Of a stretch of 44,977 nt of DNA, positions 5,649 to 14,034 are shown one piece after another; within the stretch, counting starts at the first letter, position 1, and each line of letters opens with the position of its first letter. The stretch lies in IMG/VR virus record IMGVR_UViG_3300020047_005892. One strand, written 5' to 3'. The translations under genes and the position numbers were made by a program. This DNA comes from a virus. The notes below the pieces were generated by a model. The model made no database searches. It worked only from the letters and a program-made list of their open reading frames with translations, and was not told where the DNA came from.

Positions 5649-6127
5649 ACAACGACGAAACCAATAAACAAATTTGCTTGCAATGCGGAAAAGACCGAGA
5701 CGACGAAACTATCCTACACCGTAGACCAGGGAAATGTGAGCCGGTCGCAAGTAAGGCAGTACGTGAATGGAGCAATATACAGCCAGAAAAGAAATTGTGC
5801 GCGCACTGTGAGCACTGGTTTGACATTAAGTCCCATTATGATGGAAGCCAGGGAGCACTGCGAGAATCCATACAGGAACAGGTGAGGGCACACGACAAGA
5901 TCGCCTCTCTTGAGTCATCCCTGGAAGAGTTGAAGAAGCGGAATGTTGAGCTCCAGGAAACCGTCGAAGCCTTCGACAAATCGAACATGGGCTTTGTGAA
6001 ACAAATTATGGAGCTTGAATCAAAACTAAAAACCGCCGATGACAAGCTGGCGGCACAGTATGATATATGCAAATCGCACGAATGTGTTTGTTGCAACTTA
6101 AATGCTTTTAAGGATGAGTCAGAATGA
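5645..6127 (+). CDS. Hypothetical Cys-cluster plus coiled-coil protein
   Basis: 160-aa ORF with an ATGA overlap. It has CLQCG...C and CAHCEHW motifs followed by a heptad-rich region. Confidence 0.65.
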   Translation: MNNDETNKQICLQCGKDRDDETILHRRPGKCEPVASKAVREWSNIQPEKKLCAHCEHWFDIKSHYDGSQGALRESIQEQVRAHDKIASLESSLEELKKRNVELQETVEAFDKSNMGFVKQIMELESKLKTADDKLAAQYDICKSHECVCCNLNAFKDESE

Positions 6128-6173
6128 AACGTGTCCGTCCCACTAAAGCGACCGCAGAGAAGAAGGGGAAAAC

Positions 6174-6422
6174 ATGAAGTGGATTAAAACAACAAAAGAA
6201 GTCTATTGGACTATTTACAACCAACACAAAAAAGATTTTTGTGTATTTGGAACATTCACGAATACGGAATCGAGCCATCTTGGTGGGCCTGAAATTCTTA
6301 CTGAATGGGGTTTTCTTGAAGCGGACGAGCCGTTAATTAAAAGTGTTGGGAAGAAGACTGACGAAGAAAAAGATTGGGCCTATGAATACTATATTGCCAA
6401 GTATGAAAGGATCGAGCCATGA
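6174..6422 (+). CDS. Hypothetical protein
   Basis: 82-aa ORF, coupled through the 17-codon mini-ORF at 6124..6177. Confidence 0.6.
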   Translation: MKWIKTTKEVYWTIYNQHKKDFCVFGTFTNTESSHLGGPEILTEWGFLEADEPLIKSVGKKTDEEKDWAYEYYIAKYERIEP

Positions 6423-6456
6423 CCTCTAAACCAATCGCAGGGAAGAAGGGGGGAAA

Positions 6457-6645
6457 GTGAAAGACGTGGAATTATTTCTCAAGCAAATGGATAAGCTAGG
6501 CATGGCGATCTCTATTAGAAATCAAAGTGAAGAAATACAGCAATTACGTCAAGACTTACAATATGAAAAGGCGCGTCGAGAACTGGCTGAGAAAACTCTG
6601 CTGAGAGAATTGGACAAGAATATATTTCAAAGGATATTTGGATGA
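6457..6645 (+). CDS. Hypothetical coiled-coil protein (GTG start)
   Basis: 62-aa ORF, coupled through the 13-codon mini-ORF at 6419..6460. Confidence 0.5.
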   Translation: MKDVELFLKQMDKLGMAISIRNQSEEIQQLRQDLQYEKARRELAEKTLLRELDKNIFQRIFG

Positions 6646-6767
6646 CCTCTAAACCTGCACAGCATCAAAATTTTGCCGTGAGCGTAAAAGGCGTAGGATT
6701 AAATGAGCGTTGGTCGCTGGGCCTACAGTGCCACGATGGGCAACGAGAAGTTGGCGCTCATTTTTAA
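6642..6767 (+). CDS. Hypothetical 41-aa ORF
   Basis: ATGA overlap start. It shares the MTSKP N-terminus with mini-ORF 6419..6460. Confidence 0.3.
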   Translation: MTSKPAQHQNFAVSVKGVGLNERWSLGLQCHDGQREVGAHF

Positions 6768-6818
6768 AATGAGGATACCGGCGGAATCCCGGACCACGGT
6801 GATTTAAAGGACAGAGAT

Positions 6819-6878
6819 ATGATTGAGTTGAGGCCGTACCAAAATGAGATTGACGTGAACAATCTATTGGCGTTTTAG
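6819..6878 (+). pseudogene. 19-codon remnant resembling a helicase N-terminus (MIELRPYQNEIDVNNLLAF-stop)
   Basis: LRPYQ-x-E-I is the canonical start of SF2 helicases. Compare MILREYQERII at the intact helicase start (7535), which lies just beyond the intervening gene. Confidence 0.4.
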
Positions 6879-6890
6879 GGGGGGCGAAGT

Positions 6891-7535
6891 ATGCCTAAAT
6901 ATATTGATCTTCTTGGAAAAAGATTCAACAGCCTGGTTGTAATTGAGCGTGTTGGTTCAGCTCGCGGGAATATTTGGTGGGACTGTCTTTGCGATTGCGG
7001 TAGAAAAGCATTTCGCACTACGGCGCAACTCAATAATGGCCTAGTTGCCAGCTGCGGTTGTGCGCAAAGAATGGCTGCAGCTAAAACTTGTTTGGCGCGT
7101 GGTGTTCATTTCATGAGAGGAACGCGAATTTATCGCATCTGGAGAGGAATGCGGCAGCGTTGTCTTGATAAAAACTATTCGAACTATCCATATTACGGTG
7201 GGAGGGGAATAACTATTTGTTCGGAATGGATGGTGTTCACGGAGTTTTATAATTGGGCAATCACGTCCGGGTATTCAAAGGAACTTAGTATCGACCGCAT
7301 TAATGTGAACGGTAATTATGAGCCAAAGAATTGTCGATGGGCAACGCCTATAGAGCAATCCAACAACAAAGCGTCGTCAAGGAAAATAAGTTTTGGCGGT
7401 GAGTCTCTTACCGTCGCTCAGTGGGCGCGTAGAATGAATATAAATCAAACAACACTCAACAATCGCATACTGTCTGGTTGGCCTATAGAAAAAGCTCTTT
7501 CTATGCCAGCTGACTACAAGAATCGGGTGATGTAA
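6891..7535 (+). CDS. AP2-like DNA-binding protein (YGGRGI / IDRI-N-x-G-x-Y-x-P-x-NCRWAT family) with a C-terminal HTH-like extension; possible free-standing homing-endonuclease-like mobile gene
   Basis: 214-aa ORF with motifs YPYYGGRGITICSEW and IDRINVNGNYEPKNCRWATPIEQSNN. The tail reads GESLTVAQWARRMNINQTTLNNRI. It is a paralog of 339..848. Confidence 0.7.
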   Translation: MPKYIDLLGKRFNSLVVIERVGSARGNIWWDCLCDCGRKAFRTTAQLNNGLVASCGCAQRMAAAKTCLARGVHFMRGTRIYRIWRGMRQRCLDKNYSNYPYYGGRGITICSEWMVFTEFYNWAITSGYSKELSIDRINVNGNYEPKNCRWATPIEQSNNKASSRKISFGGESLTVAQWARRMNINQTTLNNRILSGWPIEKALSMPADYKNRVM

Positions 7536-8926
7536 TGATACTCAGGGAATATCAAGAAAGGATAATAGCTGATACGCGTAATCTGATGGAGCGAGGAGTT
7601 AAGGCTATCGCTATTTCCTCTCCTACAGGTTCCGGAAAAACTTGTTTAACGGCGCACATGTTAAAAACAGCAGCGCAAAAAAATATTCCTTCTCTCTTCC
7701 TCGTGCACCGAAGGGAATTGATTCGTCAATCCATCCTTGCATTTAACCATGTCGGCATGAATTTTGGTGTGATAGCTACTGGCTTCCCACAAGATCCTCG
7801 GCAATTGGTCCAGGTCGGATCGGTTCAGACTGTTGCGCGACGACTAGAAAAGATCAGGGCTCCGAAATTAATTGTTTTCGATGAGTGTCACCATATTTGT
7901 GCGGAATCGTGGGCAAGTGTCTACAGAAAATTTCACAATCCTTTCGTTATCGGGCTAAGCGCAACAATGGAAAGGCTTGATGGGCGTGGGCTCGGAGATT
8001 ATTTCAAAGATATTGTTCTAGGCCCGAGCGTTTCATGGTTGATCGAAAACAAGTTTCTGTCTCCGTATCGTCTGTACGCACCGGCAGGCGGAGTATCCAC
8101 TGAGGGGCTCCACATGCGCATGGGCGACTTCGCGAAGTCTGAACTTAACGCAGCCGCCGACAAGCCAACAATTACTGGCAACGCGATCAAGGAATATCTT
8201 AAGCTGGCGAACAGGAAACGGGCGGTTGTTTTCTGTGTTTCAATCGAGCATTCAAAGCATGTCGTGGAGCAATTCCGCGCTGCCGGGATATCAGCGGCGC
8301 ATGTTGACGGAGAGACAGATGTCTATGAAAGAGATAACGCGATCAAGCAATTCGAGTCCGGAGAGATCAAGGTCTTATCCAACGTGGAGTTGTTCGGAGA
8401 AGGGTTCGACCTCCCGGCAATCGAGGTTGCAATTCTTCTACGTCCTACCGCGAGCCTTGGTTTGTATTTACAACAAGTTGGTCGTGCGCTGCGAACGCAT
8501 CCAGAGAAGAAAGAAGCGATTATCCTTGACCACGCTGGGAATGTTCAGCGACATGGCCTGCCGGATGAAGAACGCACTTGGTCGCTTGCTGGTCGGGACG
8601 GGCGAAAACGGGCTGTTGATGGAGCCGCCGAGTCCGTTAAAGTCTGCCCCTCCTGTTTCGCAGCTCAATTCGCTGGGTCAAGTGCATGTAAGTTCTGTGG
8701 AGTGGTGTTCGATAAAAAACCACGCAAGGTCGCACAAGTCGAAGGCGAACTCTCGGAAGTCGATATAGAGGCGATGCGCCGCGTGAAGCGTACAGAGCAG
8801 GGGCGGGCGCAAACTGTTTCGGAGTTGGCAGAGATTGGCAAGAAGCGTGGAATGAAGAATCCGTATGGGTGGGCCTCGCATGTTTTTCGAGCGCGGCAGG
8901 CAAGGAAGCTGGCGGGGATAGGATGA
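7535..8926 (+). CDS. Superfamily-2 DEAD/DEAH-box DNA helicase with a C-terminal zinc ribbon
   Basis: Motif I is SSPTGSGKT, motif II DECHH, motif III SAT and motif VI QQVGRALR. The zinc ribbon reads CPSC...CKFC. Confidence 0.85.
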   Translation: MILREYQERIIADTRNLMERGVKAIAISSPTGSGKTCLTAHMLKTAAQKNIPSLFLVHRRELIRQSILAFNHVGMNFGVIATGFPQDPRQLVQVGSVQTVARRLEKIRAPKLIVFDECHHICAESWASVYRKFHNPFVIGLSATMERLDGRGLGDYFKDIVLGPSVSWLIENKFLSPYRLYAPAGGVSTEGLHMRMGDFAKSELNAAADKPTITGNAIKEYLKLANRKRAVVFCVSIEHSKHVVEQFRAAGISAAHVDGETDVYERDNAIKQFESGEIKVLSNVELFGEGFDLPAIEVAILLRPTASLGLYLQQVGRALRTHPEKKEAIILDHAGNVQRHGLPDEERTWSLAGRDGRKRAVDGAAESVKVCPSCFAAQFAGSSACKFCGVVFDKKPRKVAQVEGELSEVDIEAMRRVKRTEQGRAQTVSELAEIGKKRGMKNPYGWASHVFRARQARKLAGIG

Positions 8927-9270
8927 AAGAATCTGACCTCCTGCGCGAGATCCAGGTTGCGGCGTCAAAAATATGTGCGCGTCTTTTTCGGAATAATTCC
9001 GGGGCGCTAAAGAACGAACGCGGCCAATGGGTCCATTACGGCCTTGGCGTCGGCACGTCAGATTTAATCGGCTTCAAGATAGAAACGATCACTCCTGATA
9101 TGGTCGGCCAGCGGTTCGCAAGATTTGCAGCTATCGAAGTGAAGTCAGAGAAAGGTCGCGCAACTGAAGCGCAAGAAAATTTTATTAAGTTCGTCCGAGA
9201 ATGCGGCGGTATCGCCACCATCTGTAAATCCACCGAAGAGGCCCTAATGGTTCTCTCAAAGAAAACTTAA
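8923..9270 (+). CDS. VRR-NUC domain nuclease
   Basis: ATGA overlap start. SDLIGF...AAIEVKSEKGRATEAQENFIKFVRECGG matches the D...E-x-K...Q core of VRR-NUC. Confidence 0.7.
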   Translation: MKESDLLREIQVAASKICARLFRNNSGALKNERGQWVHYGLGVGTSDLIGFKIETITPDMVGQRFARFAAIEVKSEKGRATEAQENFIKFVRECGGIATICKSTEEALMVLSKKT

Positions 9271-9289
9271 AAATCAAGGAAGTCCTACC

Positions 9290-11509
9290 ATGGAGAAAGA
9301 GCTCGACTTTAAAGGCCTTGCGGCTATTTTATTGTCTGATTGGGGAACGTATGTGCCAGCGTGGTGTCCTGGCGGGAAGTTGGTTGGTCGTGAATACATG
9401 TCCGGTTCTGTGCGCGGTGGACCAGGCGATTCGTTTCGGGTAAACATTGATACTGGGCGGTGGGCCGATTTTGCCACGGATGAAAAGGGTGGGGATCTTG
9501 TTTCGCTTTACGCTGCCGGGCAAGGTATCAAGAATGGTGAAGCGGCGCGGAGATTGGCCGACAAGATTAATTTCAAGCTCGACGATGCCGTGTACAAGCC
9601 CGCGCCGCCAGATTTAAGGAAGATCGAACACGAGATCGTACCGGCGCCAGAGGGTGCAATCAAGCCCGAGATGTTGCATTACAAGTATGGCCGACCATCT
9701 GCCTCGTGGTGCTATCGCGACTTTAACGGCCTTCCGATCTTTTACGAAGCTCGGTATGATACGCCGACCGGGAAACAGTTCTCTCCTTGGTCGTGGTCGA
9801 ATACGGTTGGTCGCTGGGTTCAAAAAGGATACCCGGAGCCGCGTCCGCTTTACGGTTTGCCAGAGCTTGCTGGGAACGAGAAGCCAGTGATGGTTGTCGA
9901 GGGCCCCAAGGCTGCTGAAGCGGCCAAATCAATTGCAGGCAACGCCTACGCTGTTCTTACCTGGCCGAATGGTGCCAAGGCTGTTCAGAAGGCTGACTGG
10001 TCGGTTCTACAAAACAGGAAGCTGCTTATTTGGCCGGACGCAGACGAGGCTGGTCGGAAGGCTGCTGCCGATATTGCTGGTATTCTTATTAAGGATTGCC
10101 CTGAGATTAAGGTTATCGACGTTTCTGGCCAGCCTGAAGCATGGGACGCGGCCGACGCGCTGAGCGACGGATGGGATTATCGAAAGTTCGTTGATTGGGG
10201 CAAGCCGCGTGCTAAGGCAATAGAAAAACCGGTTTCAATCAAGGCTGAGGCTAAGGCGTTTGCTGGAAAGAACGGTCATGTTGCCGCTGCCCAAGCAAGG
10301 GTTGATGTTACGGTTCAGCAAGATTCGGACGTTGCTTCCGGGTCCGCGTACGCGCAATGGGTTGAACTTGGTGTCGTTGTTACGCGCCAGGGACAGCCGG
10401 TTTGCAACATGGACAGCGCCTTGCGTGTGTTGGAGAATCACAAGGATTTCAAGAAAAAGATCTGGTACGACGATTTCCATCGGAAGATGTTCACCTCATG
10501 GAATGGTCCGCAGCGCGAATGGAGCGATACGGATAGCCTTCAGTTGACGAAATGGATGCAGCGCGAGTTGGCGTTGCAACGGATAACAGACAAGATCGTT
10601 TCGCAGGCTGTTCTTATTTACGCTTCCGATAACAAGCGCAACGAGCCTCAAGAGTGGCTTTCATCCTTGAAGTGGGACGGCGTTGATCGGATTGGACGAT
10701 TTTTCATTGACTGCTTCGGTGCCTACGACGGTGAGTACACGCGGGCCGTTTCAAAGAACTTCTGGGTTGGGATCGCGGCAAGAATACTTCGCCCCGGTTG
10801 CAAGATGGACAACATGGTTGTGCTTGAAGGTCAGCAGGGAACCTATAAATCGACTGCTCTTAATCTTATCGGAGGTGAATGGTTTGCCGAGGCGCACGAG
10901 TCTGCAACAAGCAAGGATTTTTTCATCGTTCTCCAAGGCAAGATGATCGTCGAGATTTCCGAAATGCACACGTTCAGTAAGGCTGACGTCACCAGGATTA
11001 AGCAGGTTATCTCATGCCGGATTGATAGATACCGGGCACCATACGAACGCCACGCCGCAGACCATCCACGGCAATCGGTGTTTATTGGGACAACAAACGA
11101 GAAGTCATATTTGAAAGATCCGACCGGCGCGCGCCGATTCTGGCCGATACGTTGCGGTCAAATTAACCGCGAGTTGATTGAATCCGGACGTTCCCAATTC
11201 TTCGCTGAAGCCGTTGCCAGGTTTAAGGCCGGAGAGACTTGGTACGAGATGCCGAACGAATCAACGACGCGGGAACAGGAAGAGCGACGTCAGTACGACG
11301 AATGGGAAACCGTGGTTGCCGAATATCTTTACGGAAAATCCGAAGTGCATCTGCGCGAGATTGCCGACGATGTTTTGAAAATTAAGGTTGGTGAGATAGA
11401 CCGAACAAGCCAGCAACGTTTGCAATCGGTGCTTACTTCCTTGGGTTGGGAGAACTACGCGGAGAATGTGGGCGGTGTGCTACAGAGAATTTGGCGCAAG
11501 TTTGGCTAG
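9290..11509 (+). CDS. Bifunctional primase / VirE-type (P4/D5-like) replicative helicase
   Basis: 739-aa ORF. A Toprim-like region reads VMVVEGPKAAEAA...WPDADEAGRKAA. The C-terminal P-loop GQQGTYKST lies in VirE-like context (VVLEGQQGTYKSTALNLIGGEWF). Confidence 0.8.
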   Translation: MEKELDFKGLAAILLSDWGTYVPAWCPGGKLVGREYMSGSVRGGPGDSFRVNIDTGRWADFATDEKGGDLVSLYAAGQGIKNGEAARRLADKINFKLDDAVYKPAPPDLRKIEHEIVPAPEGAIKPEMLHYKYGRPSASWCYRDFNGLPIFYEARYDTPTGKQFSPWSWSNTVGRWVQKGYPEPRPLYGLPELAGNEKPVMVVEGPKAAEAAKSIAGNAYAVLTWPNGAKAVQKADWSVLQNRKLLIWPDADEAGRKAAADIAGILIKDCPEIKVIDVSGQPEAWDAADALSDGWDYRKFVDWGKPRAKAIEKPVSIKAEAKAFAGKNGHVAAAQARVDVTVQQDSDVASGSAYAQWVELGVVVTRQGQPVCNMDSALRVLENHKDFKKKIWYDDFHRKMFTSWNGPQREWSDTDSLQLTKWMQRELALQRITDKIVSQAVLIYASDNKRNEPQEWLSSLKWDGVDRIGRFFIDCFGAYDGEYTRAVSKNFWVGIAARILRPGCKMDNMVVLEGQQGTYKSTALNLIGGEWFAEAHESATSKDFFIVLQGKMIVEISEMHTFSKADVTRIKQVISCRIDRYRAPYERHAADHPRQSVFIGTTNEKSYLKDPTGARRFWPIRCGQINRELIESGRSQFFAEAVARFKAGETWYEMPNESTTREQEERRQYDEWETVVAEYLYGKSEVHLREIADDVLKIKVGEIDRTSQQRLQSVLTSLGWENYAENVGGVLQRIWRKFG

Positions 11510-11607
11510 TCGAGCCAACTCTGCATCTTACATTTTTTGCACTTGCATTTCCGGACGTATAAAAAAATTCCGGCGATTACGGTTGCGACAAGTAGGAATA
11601 TTGTCAT
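11506..11607 (-). CDS. Small membrane peptide (33 aa) with a KCKCKKCK tail
   Basis: ATGA overlap with the upstream gene. The sequence is MTIFLLVATVIAGIFLYVRKCKCKKCKMQSWLD. Confidence 0.45.
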   Translation of the reverse strand: MTIFLLVATVIAGIFLYVRKCKCKKCKMQSWLD

Positions 11608-11858
11608 TTTAAATGCCTCCATGTTTTGTACGGTTTTTTCGTTAGTTTCAAGATATAGGATGGCGTCACGTTGTGATGGGCGGCTTTTTGTTTTATCTCT
11701 TCCCATGTCGTCGGTGGGTTGGCGCGGATTTTCAAAATTTCAATTTCTTTGAATTTCGCCCTGCCTGAATTCTCGCCGCGTGCCTGGTTTTTGTACTTGC
11801 GGAATTTTGCGATGCTGCTCATCCATAGGCCGCTTCGGTGATAACTTAATTTCCTCAT
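11604..11858 (-). CDS. Putative HTH DNA-binding protein
   Basis: ATGA overlap start. The C-terminal pattern AKFKEIEILKIRANPPTTWEEIKQKAAHHNVTPSYILKL resembles an HTH. Confidence 0.5.
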   Translation of the reverse strand: MRKLSYHRSGLWMSSIAKFRKYKNQARGENSGRAKFKEIEILKIRANPPTTWEEIKQKAAHHNVTPSYILKLTKKPYKTWRHLK

Positions 11859-12121
11859 GTCGTGATTGTCTCCCTTTCGTCGAAAATTGATTCGTCGCTT
11901 CTCGTCGTCCAGTGCATCAGATTCGCGTCGATGGGGTCTTCCCAAGTTTCGTAAATCCGCGCCGTGTCCTTAATGTTAGTGTGTTTCGAGTACGGCACGG
12001 ATCCAAAAACGCGCCCGACTTGGAACTGTTCACCGTCATTGAAAACGATTGTATGGCGTGCGCTGTTTGGTGTTCCTGGTAAAACGTGCCAGCGGATACC
12101 GTGGTAAATTATTGGCTTCAT
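11855..12121 (-). CDS. Hypothetical protein
   Basis: 88-aa ORF, coupled at both ends. Confidence 0.6.
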   Translation of the reverse strand: MKPIIYHGIRWHVLPGTPNSARHTIVFNDGEQFQVGRVFGSVPYSKHTNIKDTARIYETWEDPIDANLMHWTTRSDESIFDERETITT

Positions 12122-12336
12122 TTCTGTATCTCCTTGATTCGGTCTTTGACTGCCTGCGATAGCCTACGCATAACGCCTGGCGTGAATCCAAGTATTTCTG
12201 GGCGTGTCGGTGCTGATTCCTCGTCGCCTTCGTGCAAAGAAAGTATTTGGTCGCACAGGTTCAGCAACTTGTCTATGTCTTCAAATAAATATTGGCATCG
12301 GCACGTTTTATTGTTACAGCAAAATAATCGCATCAT
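12118..12336 (-). CDS. Hypothetical Cys-rich protein
   Basis: The start at MMRLFCCNNKTCRC follows AAGGAG. An ATGA overlap links it to the upstream lipoprotein ORF. Confidence 0.5.
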   Translation of the reverse strand: MMRLFCCNNKTCRCQYLFEDIDKLLNLCDQILSLHEGDEESAPTRPEILGFTPGVMRRLSQAVKDRIKEIQK

Positions 12337-12470
12337 TGGCTCCTTAGAACGCAATCCGTTCTGTGCTCGCGGCAATACGCTTCTTCATCGAATGGCGGCG
12401 TTATAGATTCTTTTTTCTTGCATCCAACAAATGAGACAAAAAACAATGCCAGTATTAAAGTCAATCGCAT
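12333..12470 (-). CDS. Small putative lipoprotein (45 aa)
   Basis: Hand translation gives MRLTLILALFFVSFVGCKKKESITPPF..., a signal peptide plus lipobox FVGC. It is below the ORF-track cutoff. Confidence 0.5.
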   Translation of the reverse strand: MRLTLILALFFVSFVGCKKKESITPPFDEEAYCREHRTDCVLRSQ

Positions 12471-12571
12471 GGCTTTGACCAATATTCGTTTTCGCATTGC
12501 ACGGAACAGAATTTTTCATGGTCGTGCGCGTCGCTCAGCATGTACGGCTCTTTACATTCACGGCATTTCAT
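12461..12571 (-). CDS. Small zinc-ribbon protein (36 aa)
   Basis: Hand translation gives MKCRECKEPYMLSDAHDHEKFCSVQCENEYWSKPCD. The start forms an ATGA overlap. Confidence 0.45.
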   Translation of the reverse strand: MKCRECKEPYMLSDAHDHEKFCSVQCENEYWSKPCD

Positions 12572-12798
12572 CGCTTCACCTTCTTTTTAAATTTAACCTT
12601 GCCGATTTCTTGGATACGGCCGTCATTTATTTTCTCTTCAATTATTCGAAGCTCAGCCAATCTGCCGCACATATTTGTATGTGTAGCGCGTGAAATAGCC
12701 GGATTTTGTGCGTCAACCACTTGTTTAATCCGTCTCTCTATCCACTCCGAAAGCGTTTCAACGTGGCAGATTTGATCTTTGACTTTGACGGTGCTCAT
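12568..12798 (-). CDS. Hypothetical protein
   Basis: The start at MSTVKVKD lies 1 nt after the upstream stop. Confidence 0.55.
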   Translation of the reverse strand: MSTVKVKDQICHVETLSEWIERRIKQVVDAQNPAISRATHTNMCGRLAELRIIEEKINDGRIQEIGKVKFKKKVKR

Positions 12799-12799
12799 G

Positions 12800-12937
12800 T
12801 TATTTTCCCCCCGTTTGTACTGTCTTGTGTTGTTCGGCCATCGCATCCGATATTAAGCACTCGGCGCAAAGCTTCCGGCCGTCTTTCATCTTGATTGTGA
12901 ATTTGTGCGTTTTGCATAGTTCGATGTCGGCGCTCAT
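12800..12937 (-). CDS. Small hypothetical protein (45 aa)
   Basis: Hand translation gives MSADIELCKTHKFTIKMKDGRKLCAECLISD... The start forms an ATGA overlap. Confidence 0.45.
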   Translation of the reverse strand: MSADIELCKTHKFTIKMKDGRKLCAECLISDAMAEQHKTVQTGGK

Positions 12938-13212
12938 GATTTACCCTCAGCTTTGGAAATTGCCTGTAACATCTCCGCCTTCATTTTCCGCAGCGAGTCT
13001 AGTTTGTAGCAGTGGTGGTTAGGATCCATATCGATCAAATCTTCGATGTATGGAAGGACCCGGTAAACCATATCGAGCAATTCTTCATGCGAATTGACGG
13101 CTCGGACGATGAAGGCGGCGTTTAAAAGCTCCTCTGTTATTGGGCATATGGTTTTAAATGCTTCCGATGAATCAACCTTTTCCAGAATTGCCAGTTGTTG
13201 AATTTTAGTCAC
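12934..13212 (-). CDS. Hypothetical protein
   Basis: 92-aa ORF, coupled to its neighbours. Confidence 0.6.
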   Translation of the reverse strand: MTKIQQLAILEKVDSSEAFKTICPITEELLNAAFIVRAVNSHEELLDMVYRVLPYIEDLIDMDPNHHCYKLDSLRKMKAEMLQAISKAEGKS

Positions 13213-13403
13213 GGTTTAACCTCTCTTTGAATAAGCTTATATTCGACATACATATTTTCATTGAAACACGTATCGGTTAAGGTTCTCTGATGATTTCCGC
13301 ATATCAACGCTTTGCGAGTTTCTTTTGTTGTCATATTTGTCATATTGGCTTCTAATTTAGAGAATGAATTACATCCGCCAAATTCGCATTTTGATTTGCT
13401 CAC
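13209..13403 (-). CDS. Hypothetical Cys-containing protein
   Basis: 64-aa ORF, coupled to its neighbours. Confidence 0.55.
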   Translation of the reverse strand: MSKSKCEFGGCNSFSKLEANMTNMTTKETRKALICGNHQRTLTDTCFNENMYVEYKLIQREVKP

Positions 13404-13516
13404 GATCGCACCTCACTTACATAAGCCCCGATAAAGGCAACAATCAAATCCACAACACTCGAAACCATGAAATAGACCGTGGCGAAGTAGGCACCGTCGA
13501 TTGGTTGTAAGTTCAT
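13400..13516 (-). CDS. Small membrane peptide (38 aa)
   Basis: The start at ATGA overlaps the upstream 27-aa peptide. The sequence is MNLQPIDGAYFATVYFMVSSVVDLIVAFIGAYVSEVRS. Confidence 0.45.
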   Translation of the reverse strand: MNLQPIDGAYFATVYFMVSSVVDLIVAFIGAYVSEVRS

Positions 13517-13596
13517 GACCGAACCACCGCTAATCCCAACAACCCCGCCACAACAGCACCGCCCCAAAAGGATAAGAAAGCTTGTAATAGTTCCAT
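13513..13596 (-). CDS. 27-aa hydrophobic peptide, paralog A (MELLQAFLSFWGGAVVAGLLGLAVVRS)
   Basis: The peptide sequence is conserved with 14849..14932, while many codons differ synonymously between the two copies. It ends in an ATGA overlap. Confidence 0.55.
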   Translation of the reverse strand: MELLQAFLSFWGGAVVAGLLGLAVVRS

Positions 13597-13598
13597 GG

Positions 13599-13763
13599 TT
13601 AGGCCACCTCGCTAATTTCAAGATGTTGGACATGTTCGTACTCTTCATAGAGTTTTAATTTGGCCTGCTCTTCATTTTCTGACTTGATCGTTGTCGAGAA
13701 TCGAACAAATGAGCCGATAGCCCCAATGTGGCGACCAATGAATTTAACTTTATAGATTTTCAT
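13599..13763 (-). CDS. Hypothetical protein (54 aa)
   Basis: Hand translation gives MKIYKVKFIGRHIGAIGSFVRFSTTIKSENEEQAKLKLYEEYEHVQHLEISEVA. Confidence 0.5.
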   Translation of the reverse strand: MKIYKVKFIGRHIGAIGSFVRFSTTIKSENEEQAKLKLYEEYEHVQHLEISEVA

Positions 13764-13764
13764 G

Positions 13765-14034
13765 TTAGGCTACCTTCGCTTTCATTGTTTCAGCGGTATA
13801 TCGTCCGAAATGAAGGGTGTCGAACATTTCAGAAGCAGTGCGACGATTTGCACCAAACGGATTTGTAACACCGCCGGATTGAGTGTGGATTTGCTCGATG
13901 TTGTAGCCACCATAAACGTTGTTATAGTCCAAGCGATAAGCTCCAACATCATTGTATCCGGTAGCTACTTTTCCGCCGATGCTTTTAACGAACAATTCAA
14001 AGGCTGCTTCAACTTCTTTTCGTGATGTTCTCAT
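13765..14034 (-). CDS. Hypothetical protein
   Basis: 89-aa ORF with an ATGA overlap to the upstream gene. Confidence 0.65.
   Translation of the reverse strand: MRTSRKEVEAAFELFVKSIGGKVATGYNDVGAYRLDYNNVYGGYNIEQIHTQSGGVTNPFGANRRTASEMFDTLHFGRYTAETMKAKVA

Noticed and set aside
8226-8768. 180-aa + strand ORF in an alternative frame of the helicase gene.
   Set aside because: The helicase frame carries all the SF2 motifs through this region. The alternative frame has no recognisable features.
13517-13648. N-terminal extension of track ORF 13400..13648 (MKSTNMSNILKLARWPNHGT...).
   Set aside because: The same DNA, in another frame, encodes the 27-aa peptide conserved in a second copy at 14849..14932, plus the 3' end of a 54-aa ORF (13599..13763). 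The extension has no RBS. I prefer the start at 13516, but this remains uncertain.
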